Source: a virus. Taken from it: a DNA stretch of 64,000 bases. The notes below the pieces were generated by a model that saw only the letters and a list, made by a program, of their open reading frames with translations, ran no database searches and was not told the DNA's origin. Made by a program: the position numbers and the translations under genes. This document shows, one piece after another, positions 45,411-56,093 of this stretch. Position 1 is the stretch's first letter; each line of letters starts with the position of its first letter. Where the stretch lies: IMG/VR virus record IMGVR_UViG_3300023179_000012. One strand, given 5' to 3'.

Positions 45411-45776
45411 ATGAGTATATTGGATCGTAATACACAACATTCCACAGTCTCTCCAGCTAAAATAGCAGCTAATCGCCTAGTTAATATAACAAATCAAACA
45501 TATCAACAGATGGTTCAAGCTTTTAATCAAGGAGCTAAAATATTTTGGGATAATGGTATGGGTATTAGCCCATCAGATATTGCTATTGAATTAGGACCAG
45601 ACGCTAAAGAAGTTTTTGAATTACACTATAAACTTGGACAACTTATCTCTACTGTTAAACCAGAAGCTATTGCTGATGGAGCATCTTTAGTGGGTAATTT
45701 TACAATGAATGAAGATGGTACGGTTACAATCATTCCAATACTAGCTGAAGAAAACACAATTTTATCTCCAGAGTAA
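45411..45776 (+). CDS. hypothetical protein
   Basis: Packed ORF. Confidence 0.55.
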   Translation: MSILDRNTQHSTVSPAKIAANRLVNITNQTYQQMVQAFNQGAKIFWDNGMGISPSDIAIELGPDAKEVFELHYKLGQLISTVKPEAIADGASLVGNFTMNEDGTVTIIPILAEENTILSPE

Positions 45777-45785
45777 GGATAAACT

Positions 45786-47858
45786 ATGCCTATTGACTAT
45801 GGTCTAAATAATATAACTAGTAGTGGTAATATTAATGTTAGTGGTATAGTTACTGCTACTAGTGGTGTATTTAGTAACTTAACAATAGGTGGTTCTACTT
45901 TTAATAGTTCTGTTAGTGGATTATTACCTACTATAACTAATAGTGGAGATAATAGAATTCTTACCAGCACAGGAAGTACTGTTGGTATAAATGCTGAGTC
46001 GAATCTTACATTTGATGGAAATTTACTCAACATAACTGGTAGTGGAGCATTTTCTAGTAATCTTACACTAAGCAATCAAACAGCGAGTACAATCGCTAGT
46101 TTTGATAGTAGTAAAAATATAACATCTCTATCAACAGTAACATATCCTTCGTTAACAGAATTAAGTTATATGAAAGGTGTTACGAGTGCGTTACAGACTC
46201 AACTTAACGCTAAACAAAACTCTCTTACCAATCCGGTTACAGGAACTGGTATTGCTAGTCATATAGCCTATTGGAATAGTTCTAGCGGTATAGTGGCAGA
46301 TAGTGGTCAATTGTACTGGGATGCTACTAATGATAGACTTGGTATAGGAACATCATCCCCAGCTTCTTCATTAGAGGTTAGTGGCAATATTCAACAAACT
46401 TGGCTAGCCACAGATTTTAGAAATGGTACATTTTTTAATAATGATTGGAGAATGGGAATTAACTATGGTACCGCTCAAAGAACTATCAATATTTTCTCCA
46501 CATCTAATGATACTGGTGGACACATAGCTTTTTCTACCAGATTTGGATCGGGTGTCTCTAGCACAGACTATGGCACTGAACGATTAAGAATTACAAATAG
46601 TGGATTGGTCGGAATAAACACATCAACTCCAACTAGTCGTTTACACGTTATTGGTAGTGGAATATTTAGTAGTGGAGTTACAGTAGGAGATAGTAGTACC
46701 AACGGATATATTTATGGTCCTTCCGGTAATGCTAGTATACAATTTAATGCTGCTGGTACTAATAGAATAGATGTTAATTCAACTAATTTTTATTTATCAG
46801 CGGCTACTTTCTTGAATGGTGCTGCTACTTATGTTAATGGAACATTAGCTTTTCCTAAAGTTACTATCGCAACATCAACGGCCACACAGAGCAATGGAAA
46901 TGAAATACTCTTATACCATAGCTTATGGAATGGTTCATCAGCGTATGACGGATACAACACCTTAAGGTCTACTGCATCCACTACTACTAATGGTGTTAGT
47001 AGATTTGCTATACTAATGAATAATGGAGACGGCACCCAAAATCGTACAGAAAGACTTAGTGTTTTAAGTAGTGGAAATATAGGTATTAATAATACTACGC
47101 CAGCATATACTCTGGATGTTACTGGATCTGGTAATTTTACTGGAGCAGTTACAGTTTCCGGCGATATAACAGCTTCGATGCTAGCATCATCTAATTCGGC
47201 TGGATCAGAAGGTGGAGAAATAAGATTAGCTAAAGCAGCATCAGGAACAACTCTTAATGGCACAACTATTAATATTGATATATTCAATAATCAATTAAGA
47301 ATCTTCGAAGGAGGCAGTCCAAATAGAGGTTATTTTCTAGATATGACAGAGGGTGGAGCTAGTGGTGGTACACAACTACGTCAAAAATCTTTAACATATT
47401 TTACCGCATTAAACAATCAACCACCAGCAAGTAATTTTGCAACATTAGATACAAGAAATAGTATTGCTGTTTTAGACTTTGATGATACCACAGAAGAAAG
47501 TGCAGTATTTGTAGGAGTAATACCAGACAATGCTGTAACCTCCTCTGGATTATCTGTTAGAATTAACTGGATGGCAACTACTGCTACCAGTGGTAATTGT
47601 CGTTGGGGTGTACAGTTCGAAAGAATGAATACCGATGAAGATGCTGACTCATTTGACACAGCAACAGAAGCTCATTCTGCAACTAACGGAACTGCTGGTA
47701 TACCAACCACAACCACGTTAACTTGCACAACCATAGATTCACTAGCGGCTGGTGATTTTTTTAGAATGAAGATTTATAGAGATGTTAGCGATACTACTAA
47801 TGATACTATGACCGGAGATGCCGAATTAATAGCTGTAGAAATTAGAGGAGTCATATAA
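45786..47858 (+). CDS. tail fibre-like protein
   Basis: Repeated (L/V/I)GI(G/N)TxxPxxxLxV units; S/T/G-rich. Confidence 0.7.
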   Translation: MPIDYGLNNITSSGNINVSGIVTATSGVFSNLTIGGSTFNSSVSGLLPTITNSGDNRILTSTGSTVGINAESNLTFDGNLLNITGSGAFSSNLTLSNQTASTIASFDSSKNITSLSTVTYPSLTELSYMKGVTSALQTQLNAKQNSLTNPVTGTGIASHIAYWNSSSGIVADSGQLYWDATNDRLGIGTSSPASSLEVSGNIQQTWLATDFRNGTFFNNDWRMGINYGTAQRTINIFSTSNDTGGHIAFSTRFGSGVSSTDYGTERLRITNSGLVGINTSTPTSRLHVIGSGIFSSGVTVGDSSTNGYIYGPSGNASIQFNAAGTNRIDVNSTNFYLSAATFLNGAATYVNGTLAFPKVTIATSTATQSNGNEILLYHSLWNGSSAYDGYNTLRSTASTTTNGVSRFAILMNNGDGTQNRTERLSVLSSGNIGINNTTPAYTLDVTGSGNFTGAVTVSGDITASMLASSNSAGSEGGEIRLAKAASGTTLNGTTINIDIFNNQLRIFEGGSPNRGYFLDMTEGGASGGTQLRQKSLTYFTALNNQPPASNFATLDTRNSIAVLDFDDTTEESAVFVGVIPDNAVTSSGLSVRINWMATTATSGNCRWGVQFERMNTDEDADSFDTATEAHSATNGTAGIPTTTTLTCTTIDSLAAGDFFRMKIYRDVSDTTNDTMTGDAELIAVEIRGVI

Positions 47859-48505
47859 TGGCTTATAATTTTGTTTCTACTAGCACTCAATATATAACTT
47901 CTAGTAGTCCATCTATGAGTGTTCATCCAACAACTATTTCGGCATGGATTTATGCAACCAGTAATACTGCTGCTATGACGGTTGTAAATTTTACCGAAAC
48001 CACAAGTAATAATGCCGGTTTTCGTTTAACTCTAGCTGGCCAGGCTACTGGCGATCCTGTTCGAGCCACGTCTTTCGGATCCGCAAATGGTATTTCTTCA
48101 ATTGGAGACACCGGACCTAGTGGATTTAATTTAAATACTTGGCATCATGTTTGTGGTGTATTTACTTCATCCACACTAAGAGTAGTATATCGAGATGGAG
48201 TTGCTGGAGCTACTAATACTGTTTTAGTTGATTTTACTAGCTTAACCACAATATCAATAGGAGCCCTTCGTTTAGGTGGCACATTAATGGATGGATATAT
48301 TAGTGATGTGGGAATATGGTCAGTAGCATTGAATACTGATGAAATAAATAGTTTAGCAAAAGGATTTTCTGCTAAAAAAATTAGACCACAGTCTTTAACA
48401 TACTATGTTCCATTAATTAGAAATTTACAAGAAAATCGCGAAAATATTGCATTAACAAATAATAATACAGCGACCGTTATTCAACATAATAGGATATACT
48501 CATGA
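47858..48505 (+). CDS. LamG/concanavalin A-like lectin domain protein
   Basis: TISAWIY, TWHHVCGVF, ISDVGIWSVALNTDEI. Confidence 0.8.
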   Translation: MAYNFVSTSTQYITSSSPSMSVHPTTISAWIYATSNTAAMTVVNFTETTSNNAGFRLTLAGQATGDPVRATSFGSANGISSIGDTGPSGFNLNTWHHVCGVFTSSTLRVVYRDGVAGATNTVLVDFTSLTTISIGALRLGGTLMDGYISDVGIWSVALNTDEINSLAKGFSAKKIRPQSLTYYVPLIRNLQENRENIALTNNNTATVIQHNRIYS

Positions 48506-48921
48506 CGCTATATTATCATAAAGATAACTACGAAGTAAGAGATTTAGCTGATTCATTAATACAAGGTTGGATAGATAATAATAATCCCAAAATAGATCAA
48601 TGGGTATTATTGCCGCCACAGCCAAGCGAGAATCATTATTGGAATAATGGGAAGTGGATATTAGCGACTCCGACCGTACCAGAAAGCGTGAGTGCAAGAC
48701 AAATAAGATTATGGCTAATTAATAATGGTATTCAATTAATTCAAGTAGAAAATGCTATAAATAATATACAGGATTTAATAATACGAGAAACTGTTAAGGT
48801 TGAGTGGGAGTATGCTCCTTATGTTGAACGTAATCATCCAATGTTAATACCATTAGCTCAAGCACTAGGATTATCAGAAGCTCAAGTGGATCAGGCTTTT
48901 AGAGAAGCAATTAATATCTGA
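48502..48921 (+). CDS. tail fibre assembly-like protein
   Basis: VPESVSARQIRL..WEYA..ERNHP..LGLSEAQVDQAF. Confidence 0.6.
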   Translation: MTLYYHKDNYEVRDLADSLIQGWIDNNNPKIDQWVLLPPQPSENHYWNNGKWILATPTVPESVSARQIRLWLINNGIQLIQVENAINNIQDLIIRETVKVEWEYAPYVERNHPMLIPLAQALGLSEAQVDQAFREAINI

Positions 48922-48971
48922 TACAATTGCATACGATCTTTCCTTAAACTATTATAGTCTAAGGAGCTAAT

Positions 48972-49964
48972 ATGATTAGTGATATAGGAAATTTTAGCAA
49001 AAAAGTAATTCTAGATGGCGGCAAAATTGTACCATTGTTAGTACAACCAGACAAAATGGTTGGACCATCACTGATGAATCCATCAATACTAAATATAGAT
49101 GGAAAATTATTAGTTAATTTACGCAATGTGAATTATGTTTTATATCACGCAGAAGATGGTGTTAACGAACACGTTTGGGGGCCATTATGCTATCTTCATA
49201 CAGAGCAAAATGCTGTTCTAGCCACACACAATATACTTTGTTTTTTAGATGATAATTTTAATATAGTTAATAGTTCTATAGTTGACACAACACAACTAGA
49301 TCAAAAACCACTGTGGGAATTTATAGGATTAGAAGATGCTAGATTAACATATTGGAATAATAAATTATATTTAAGTGGAGTACGACGAGACACCACCACC
49401 AATGGTCAAGGACGCATAGAATTATCAGAAATCACTATTGACGAAAATAATAACGCTAAAGAAATTAGTAGACAAAGATTGCCAGCACCACCACCAGACA
49501 CCTCATACTGCGAAAAAAACTGGATGCCCATTAGCGATAGGCCATATCAGTACGTAAAGTGGACAAATCCAACAGAGGTTGTGGAATATGATCCAGCCAC
49601 CAAAGAAACAAAAACTATTGTATTAACAGAATTTCAGAATCTTAATACCAGAGATTTACGCGGAGGATCTCAGGTTATACCATACGGAGATTATTACTTA
49701 GGATTATTACATGAGGTTGATTTGTTTAAGAGCGAGGCTGGTCGTAAAAATGCCACCTATAGGCACAGATTTGCATTATGGGACCAGAGTTTTAATCTTT
49801 TAAGGGTGTCTCCGCGTTTTGATTTTATGAGCGGAGAGATTGAATTTGCTTGTGGAATGACCGAATATAATAATCAAATTTTAATTACTTTTGGTTTTCA
49901 AGATAATGCGTCTTATCTATTAGTGATTAATAAATCTACTATAAATGAGTTAGTATCACTATGA
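48972..49964 (+). CDS. five-bladed beta-propeller glycoside hydrolase/phosphorylase (GH130-like)
   Basis: NPSI, GLEDARL, EKNWMP, RGGSQ, EFACG. Confidence 0.7.
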   Translation: MISDIGNFSKKVILDGGKIVPLLVQPDKMVGPSLMNPSILNIDGKLLVNLRNVNYVLYHAEDGVNEHVWGPLCYLHTEQNAVLATHNILCFLDDNFNIVNSSIVDTTQLDQKPLWEFIGLEDARLTYWNNKLYLSGVRRDTTTNGQGRIELSEITIDENNNAKEISRQRLPAPPPDTSYCEKNWMPISDRPYQYVKWTNPTEVVEYDPATKETKTIVLTEFQNLNTRDLRGGSQVIPYGDYYLGLLHEVDLFKSEAGRKNATYRHRFALWDQSFNLLRVSPRFDFMSGEIEFACGMTEYNNQILITFGFQDNASYLLVINKSTINELVSL

Positions 49965-52513
49965 AAGAACTATCAAACTATATTAATGATCCAGAAAATG
50001 ATTTGAATAATTTTAATTTAGGATTATTTTATGAGCAACAGAATCACTACTCTCCAGCATCAGGATACTATTTGAGGTGTGCTGAAAAAACTAAGAATCT
50101 GGATCTCAGATACGAATCATTATTAAGAATGTATTATTGTTTCAAACTATTAGGTGATAGAGATCATACTTGTGATAGTTTATTAAAACAGGCCATTTGT
50201 TTGTGTCCACAGAAGCCAGAAGGTTATTTCTTATTAACCCAACACTATGAATCAAAATCAGATTGGCTAAATGTTTATACCTATTCTTCTATAGCTTTGG
50301 ATGTTTGTAAAGACGCATCATCATTCATATCAGATATAGATTATGCAGGATTATATTGCTTATTATTTCAAAAAGCAGCAGCAAGTTGGTGGATTGGCAA
50401 ACCCAAACAATGCAGACAATTATATCAAACTTTGCTTAATGAATATATAAATCAACTATCAGATAATTACAAAGCTCTACTCGAAAATAATTTATCAAGA
50501 ATAGCAAGTGGTCCAACATCTCAAGCAATTAGGAGATATACAAAAAATCTAAAAGATACCTTAAGATTCTCATTTGACGATGTGGATATTATTGAAGAAA
50601 ATTATTCACAGGTCTATCAGGATATGTTTGTATTAACTATTTTAAATGGAAAGAAAAACGGAACCTATCTTGAAATAGGCTCGGCAGAACCTTTTAAAAA
50701 TAGTAATACTGCTTTATTAGAGAAAAAATTCAGCTGGAAGGGGATTGGTATAGAACTTAATGAAAATTTTGTTAAGCAACACAAGGAGCATCGAAGTAAT
50801 CCAGTACTCCCTGTTGATGTATTAATAATAGACTATAATAAACTATTAAATAAATATTTTCCGGATACAGATACTATAGACTATCTACAACTAGATATAG
50901 AACCTCCAAGAAATACATTTCAAGCTTTACTAGCTATTCCTTTTGATAAATATAAATTTTCAATTATAACATATGAACATGATTATTATGTAGATGTTTC
51001 TAGATCATACAGAGATAAATCTAGAGAATACTTGAGTAGTCTAGGCTATATATTGGTTGTTTCCAACGTATCTCCAGATAAAAATAGTCCATTTGAAGAC
51101 TGGTGGATTCATCCGGAGCTATTATGTCAAATAAATAATTATAGTTTAATTAATACTTTTAATAATCAAAATATTAATTTTATAGAAGACGTTATGTTAA
51201 AAAAAAACAATAAACTAAACGCTTTACATAATATTAATTTTATTAGTATCGAAGAATCCTTCGATAGACAAGAAAACCTTAAAAAACAATTTTTGGACTA
51301 TAACATAACAAATTTTACTCCAAATATCTTTAAAAGATACCAAGAGTATAATTATAAACTACATGGAGATCTGGTTTCAACTTTACACGAAAACAGTAAG
51401 GGTCCGGTTACTTCTCATATCAAATCAATTAAAAGATGGTACGATTTAACTAATGAAGAATATGGTTTTTTTTGTGAAGACGATTTGTCTTTAGAAACAG
51501 TGCCATATTGGAATTTTACGTTTCAAGAATTTATAGATAACCTACCAGAAGATTGGGAGTGTGTTCAACTAACATGCGTTAGACCAAATCCTATTGGTAT
51601 AAAATTAAGAGAAAGATTAGATGATGACTGGAACGCGGCCGCATATTTGATAAAAAGAAATTATGCTAAAAAAATAATTGATAATTATTATGTAAATGAT
51701 AATGAATTTAATCTAAAAATTAATAATACAAATCAAATTCCAATAGTTGAAAATATATTATTTAGTAATATCGGTAAAGTTTATAATTTTCCAATCTTTA
51801 TAGAAGACATAGTTAATACAAAATCTACCTGTTTAGCTAACGATTTAGTTGAAGAAAATGGACAAGGACCATATCATTGGGATTCATATTATTGGGTAAT
51901 CAACTGGTGGAAGCAATTTGGACAATATCTTACAATACAAGAATTGATGAAAAAATTTAGTCATATTTATCAGCAAAACCAATTTGGCGAGAACTGGTTC
52001 ACCTATCCCGATCTTTATAGGTCTATGGTAGAAAAATTTCCTTCTGGTAGTAAATTTGTTGAAGTTGGATCATGGAAAGGTAAATCTTCAGCATATATGG
52101 CTGTTGAAATTGCAAACTCAAACAAGAAGATAGATTTCTATTGTGTAGACACATGGGCTGGAAGCGATGAGCACAAAGATTTAGATACTACTAATATTTA
52201 TGAAATATTCATGAATAATATGAAGCCTCTAGAAAAATATTATAAATCAATTAAATCCTTATCTGTTGAAGTGGCTAAACAATTTGAAGATAATTCTCTA
52301 GATTTCGTCTTTATTGATGCATCACACGATTATGAAGATGTCAAAAATGATATCCTAGTATGGTTGCCAAAAATTAAACAAAATGGAATATTAGCAGGAC
52401 ATGATTATTATGTTGATCAAATAGACTATTTTCCTGGAGTTAAGCGTGCTGTAAATGAGATTCTCAAAAATATCAAAACCCAGGAAAACTGTTTTATTTA
52501 CGAAAAGATATAA
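49961..52513 (+). CDS. multidomain TPR / FkbM-type methyltransferase / GT25-like glycosyltransferase / class I methyltransferase
   Basis: TPR N-terminus; YLEIGS..DYLQLDIE; ISIEESFDR..SH..CEDD; VEVGSWKGKS..IDASHDY..GHDY. Confidence 0.8.
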   Translation: MKELSNYINDPENDLNNFNLGLFYEQQNHYSPASGYYLRCAEKTKNLDLRYESLLRMYYCFKLLGDRDHTCDSLLKQAICLCPQKPEGYFLLTQHYESKSDWLNVYTYSSIALDVCKDASSFISDIDYAGLYCLLFQKAAASWWIGKPKQCRQLYQTLLNEYINQLSDNYKALLENNLSRIASGPTSQAIRRYTKNLKDTLRFSFDDVDIIEENYSQVYQDMFVLTILNGKKNGTYLEIGSAEPFKNSNTALLEKKFSWKGIGIELNENFVKQHKEHRSNPVLPVDVLIIDYNKLLNKYFPDTDTIDYLQLDIEPPRNTFQALLAIPFDKYKFSIITYEHDYYVDVSRSYRDKSREYLSSLGYILVVSNVSPDKNSPFEDWWIHPELLCQINNYSLINTFNNQNINFIEDVMLKKNNKLNALHNINFISIEESFDRQENLKKQFLDYNITNFTPNIFKRYQEYNYKLHGDLVSTLHENSKGPVTSHIKSIKRWYDLTNEEYGFFCEDDLSLETVPYWNFTFQEFIDNLPEDWECVQLTCVRPNPIGIKLRERLDDDWNAAAYLIKRNYAKKIIDNYYVNDNEFNLKINNTNQIPIVENILFSNIGKVYNFPIFIEDIVNTKSTCLANDLVEENGQGPYHWDSYYWVINWWKQFGQYLTIQELMKKFSHIYQQNQFGENWFTYPDLYRSMVEKFPSGSKFVEVGSWKGKSSAYMAVEIANSNKKIDFYCVDTWAGSDEHKDLDTTNIYEIFMNNMKPLEKYYKSIKSLSVEVAKQFEDNSLDFVFIDASHDYEDVKNDILVWLPKIKQNGILAGHDYYVDQIDYFPGVKRAVNEILKNIKTQENCFIYEKI

Positions 52514-52571
52514 CGATAGACCAATTTACTTATATGGTGTATAATATACTATATCATATAAGGAGAATAAA

Positions 52572-52967
52572 ATGGCCGCTTTTTGTGTTACTCTTTTTGA
52601 CAGCATAGAAAATCCTAGTGAGACCGATAGCTGCTTCCTTGCTGCTACAAAAAATATAACAATATCCAAAGGCACAGCATATAAAATAACATATCAGTTA
52701 TATAAAGACGGATCTAATGCTGATTTAACAGGTTATTCATTAAGAGGCACAATAAAACCATCGTCATCATCTAATTTAGTTCTATTATCTATGACATCAG
52801 CTAATCTGTTGTTATCTATTGATAATAGTAATAGTACAATTAGTATGAATCTCAAAGAAAGTTTTACTAGACGAGTATCATATAGTACAGCGGTATATGA
52901 TATTGAATTGGTCAATGGTGTTGGTGACGCATCTAAAATTATAACAGGACTAATAACATTTATATGA
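52572..52967 (+). CDS. BppU-like structural protein (paralogue of 40014-40418)
   Basis: ITISKGTAY..ADLTGYS.RG..AVYDIEL..KIITGLITF. Confidence 0.55.
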   Translation: MAAFCVTLFDSIENPSETDSCFLAATKNITISKGTAYKITYQLYKDGSNADLTGYSLRGTIKPSSSSNLVLLSMTSANLLLSIDNSNSTISMNLKESFTRRVSYSTAVYDIELVNGVGDASKIITGLITFI

Positions 52968-53473
52968 ATATCATCACTAATGATCTTAAAAATTTATACA
53001 AATCAATGATAGATGAGTTACTGCGAAGTGGCTCGTTATCTTTACCTTGTAAGCTAATTTATGAAGCATCATTTTTTAATAAATGTTTAAATTGTAATTA
53101 TGATCCTATATCTAACAAGTCTAGTAACACATACAAGAGCGGTGGACCACTAGTATTTGCAGACGGTCAAATATGTCCGTACTGCCGTGGTTTGGGAGGA
53201 ACTTATGATCAGGCTTATGATATTAGAGATTTACTAGTAATATTTGATTATAAATATTGGGTTAATTTTAACAGTAAAATTCATAGTCCAGATGGTCTTA
53301 TTCAAACTATTAGTAAACTAGAAGATTATCCAAAGATCAACACCTGTAATAAACTTATTGTAGACACCAACATTCAAAATTATACTGAAAGCTATTATCA
53401 GCGTAACAGCGAACCTCAACCAGCTGGTTTTGGTGAAAGCTCATACTTTTTTACATACTGGAAGAAGATATGA
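52964..53473 (+). CDS. putative head-closure/neck protein
   Basis: Position; CxxC..CPYC. Confidence 0.45.
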   Translation: MNIITNDLKNLYKSMIDELLRSGSLSLPCKLIYEASFFNKCLNCNYDPISNKSSNTYKSGGPLVFADGQICPYCRGLGGTYDQAYDIRDLLVIFDYKYWVNFNSKIHSPDGLIQTISKLEDYPKINTCNKLIVDTNIQNYTESYYQRNSEPQPAGFGESSYFFTYWKKI

Positions 53474-54117
53474 ATGGTTTTGGACTATCTGTTGATATTG
53501 TAGAATCTAATGCTGAAATTAGTAGCGAGATTGTAAAAGCCCTAGCTCCTGATGTAACAAAATATTTTAATACAATATTTAATGAATTATCCGATATTAT
53601 TCCTGATATTATTGTACAAAGTATAGTATCTCAACCAGAATATGATTCTCTTATGGGAGGAACTCTTCAATACGAGTTTGGTATACCAGACCCGGCTTCT
53701 AGATTATCAGAAATATTAAATACCATAAGGAACGGTGCAGTTTTAACAAAAAAACCAGTAATATCAAAATCAAATAGCTTAAGTGGCGGTTTTAAAATTC
53801 AAATGATTAGAAAAGATTTTTCTGATTTGTTAGAGCTGGGAGCAGCATCGTTTACTACTGAAAAAGGATCCCAATTAAATTGGTTAGAATGGTTGCTACT
53901 AGAAGGAGATAGTGTTATTATATCAGATAACATATTCGTATTTGGTCCTAGTAAATATTCTAGAACCGGATTTGGTATCATGAGAGAAAGTCTGGGTGGT
54001 TTTTGGAGAGTTCCACCAGAATATGCAGGATCTATTAATAATAATTGGATAACCAGAGCTATTAATGATGTTTCTGATACCATAGAACAAGAAATACAAA
54101 AACTACTAAAAGACTAA
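53470..54117 (+). CDS. putative neck/tail completion protein
   Basis: Position in neck block. Confidence 0.4.
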   Translation: MNGFGLSVDIVESNAEISSEIVKALAPDVTKYFNTIFNELSDIIPDIIVQSIVSQPEYDSLMGGTLQYEFGIPDPASRLSEILNTIRNGAVLTKKPVISKSNSLSGGFKIQMIRKDFSDLLELGAASFTTEKGSQLNWLEWLLLEGDSVIISDNIFVFGPSKYSRTGFGIMRESLGGFWRVPPEYAGSINNNWITRAINDVSDTIEQEIQKLLKD

Positions 54118-54127
54118 GGAATTAACC

Positions 54128-55093
54128 ATGACATATGATCCAACTTTTATGGGTGTTGATAATATGGGTTCCACACTCATATTAAATGAATTAGAAAATA
54201 ATTATAAGTCTTTTTTAAATTGGGGATTTCTTAATATAGGTGCTTTTACTAATGTTCGTATTCCCACACAAAACATATCTTCTTTTGATCTTCATATTCT
54301 TAAGCCCACAACAGACTCTAATCAGACTAGTCGCACAGTTTGGCAAGCGGCCAGAAAAGATTGGGTATATGAATCTGGAATAAGTTTTAATAGTGTTTCG
54401 CCCATTAATATTAGTGGCGTAGTTGTTAACTCCACATTCTATCCTGCTCCAACTGGTAACGCATCATTAGGTTATACAATCAACTATCCCGAGGGCAAGG
54501 TTATCTTTAATAAAGCTATAGCAGCATCTAGTGTTGTAAAATTAGAATACTCTTATAGAAATGTGCAAATTTATAGAATGGAAGAGTTTCCATATTGGAA
54601 ACAAATACAGTACAATAGTTTAGAAAATAAAACCGGCCTATCCTTATCAGACAAAGGAGACTTTTCTATAACATCAGAACATAGAGTTCAGTTACCAGCA
54701 GTTGTTATAGAACCAATAGCTCGATCAGATAATAAGCCGTTTAGACTAGGAGACAAATCGCTCATTATAGAACAAGATTTACTATTCCATGTACTATCCG
54801 ATCAACCGCGAGATAAAAATAATATTGTGGACATTTTTAGACTTCAAGAAGATCGAACAATATGGCTATATGATACTAATGAAGTTATTAAAAGCGGAGT
54901 TTATCCACTTAATTTTAATGGTAGTAAAAATATAAATGGTCAAAATTATAATTTAATTGTTAATAATGAAAGTTATAAGTGGTTAAGATGCAGAATGACG
55001 GATGTTACTATATCAGATATGAGCTTCACTAATATAAGAATGTATGGGTCTATTGTAAGGGTGTCAAATGAAATTATTTTTACAGACTTCTAG
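54128..55093 (+). CDS. putative tail terminator protein
   Basis: Precedes tail tube; LPAVVIE motif. Confidence 0.45.
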   Translation: MTYDPTFMGVDNMGSTLILNELENNYKSFLNWGFLNIGAFTNVRIPTQNISSFDLHILKPTTDSNQTSRTVWQAARKDWVYESGISFNSVSPINISGVVVNSTFYPAPTGNASLGYTINYPEGKVIFNKAIAASSVVKLEYSYRNVQIYRMEEFPYWKQIQYNSLENKTGLSLSDKGDFSITSEHRVQLPAVVIEPIARSDNKPFRLGDKSLIIEQDLLFHVLSDQPRDKNNIVDIFRLQEDRTIWLYDTNEVIKSGVYPLNFNGSKNINGQNYNLIVNNESYKWLRCRMTDVTISDMSFTNIRMYGSIVRVSNEIIFTDF

Positions 55094-55152
55094 ATTTTGG
55101 GTGTATTTTAGTTTAGAGCATTTCACAGTATTCTAATACGGAGACCAATAAC

Positions 55153-56052
55153 ATGCCAAATAATCGTATTTTTTACGCTAGCCACGGTGTTAGTGTGGGT
55201 GGCACAACAGTACAAGGCGCCCAAAGTGTTGGCGTAACAACAAATTTTAATCTAGAACAAGCTTTCCAACTAGGTCAATTAGCTCTTTATGACAACATCG
55301 TTGTTGATCCCGAAGTTGAAATCACTCTAAATAAGGTTCTTGACGGCAGAGCTACTATCTGGAATCTAGCTACAGCCGGAGGCGGATCCTTAGTTAGTAA
55401 TGCCAATGATAATTGCACAATAGTACTAGGTATTGGTGACGATACTGCTGCAACTTTAACAGGCACTAGCGGGGCTAGTGTAACCTGCACAGGAATGTAT
55501 GTTTCGAGTCTAACATATACTTTTCCAGTAGATGGTAATTTTACAGAAGATGTAACATTCGTTGGTAACCACAAAGCACTTAGCGGCACAGTCTCTGCTC
55601 CATCAGTAAGTGGTTCTAAGGTTCTACGTAGACAAAACTTTGCTAGTAGTACTTTACCAAGCGAAGTTAGTGGCAAGAATATTACAAGTATTACAATTAG
55701 TGCTGATCTTGGAAGAGAAAGTATGTACAAGCTTGGTCAATATGCTCCATTCCATCGCTTCGTTAACTTCCCACTAGAAGTTACCACAGAATTTGAAGTG
55801 TCTGCTACTACAAGAGACGGCGTTGTGGTCGATCTAGATTCTATCACTTGCACAGGCGGTAATTTGCCACAAGATCAACCGATCACAATCAACCTTTGCG
55901 AAGGTACTGGAGGTACAACATATTATACTTTCAATATGGGAACTAAGAATAGACTACAATCAGTAAATTATACCGGTGGTGATACTGGTGGTGGTAACGT
56001 TAGTATTACATATAGCTACTCAACCTATAACGACTTAACTATTACTGGTTAA
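55153..56052 (+). CDS. major tail (tube) protein
   Basis: Own promoter, T/G/S-rich beta protein, position. Confidence 0.65.
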   Translation: MPNNRIFYASHGVSVGGTTVQGAQSVGVTTNFNLEQAFQLGQLALYDNIVVDPEVEITLNKVLDGRATIWNLATAGGGSLVSNANDNCTIVLGIGDDTAATLTGTSGASVTCTGMYVSSLTYTFPVDGNFTEDVTFVGNHKALSGTVSAPSVSGSKVLRRQNFASSTLPSEVSGKNITSITISADLGRESMYKLGQYAPFHRFVNFPLEVTTEFEVSATTRDGVVVDLDSITCTGGNLPQDQPITINLCEGTGGTTYYTFNMGTKNRLQSVNYTGGDTGGGNVSITYSYSTYNDLTITG

Positions 56053-56093
56053 TTCTTGGTTAGTAGTTAGTTACAAACTAAAAGGACAAGTTT

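Larger units (their letters stand above)
34108..55108 (+). promoter_or_regulatory. putative late promoter motif GGTGTATA(A/G/T)T
   Basis: Intergenic copies at 34108, 39439, 52536, 55100 (variant 44568); a minus-strand copy at 17714-17723. Confidence 0.6.
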
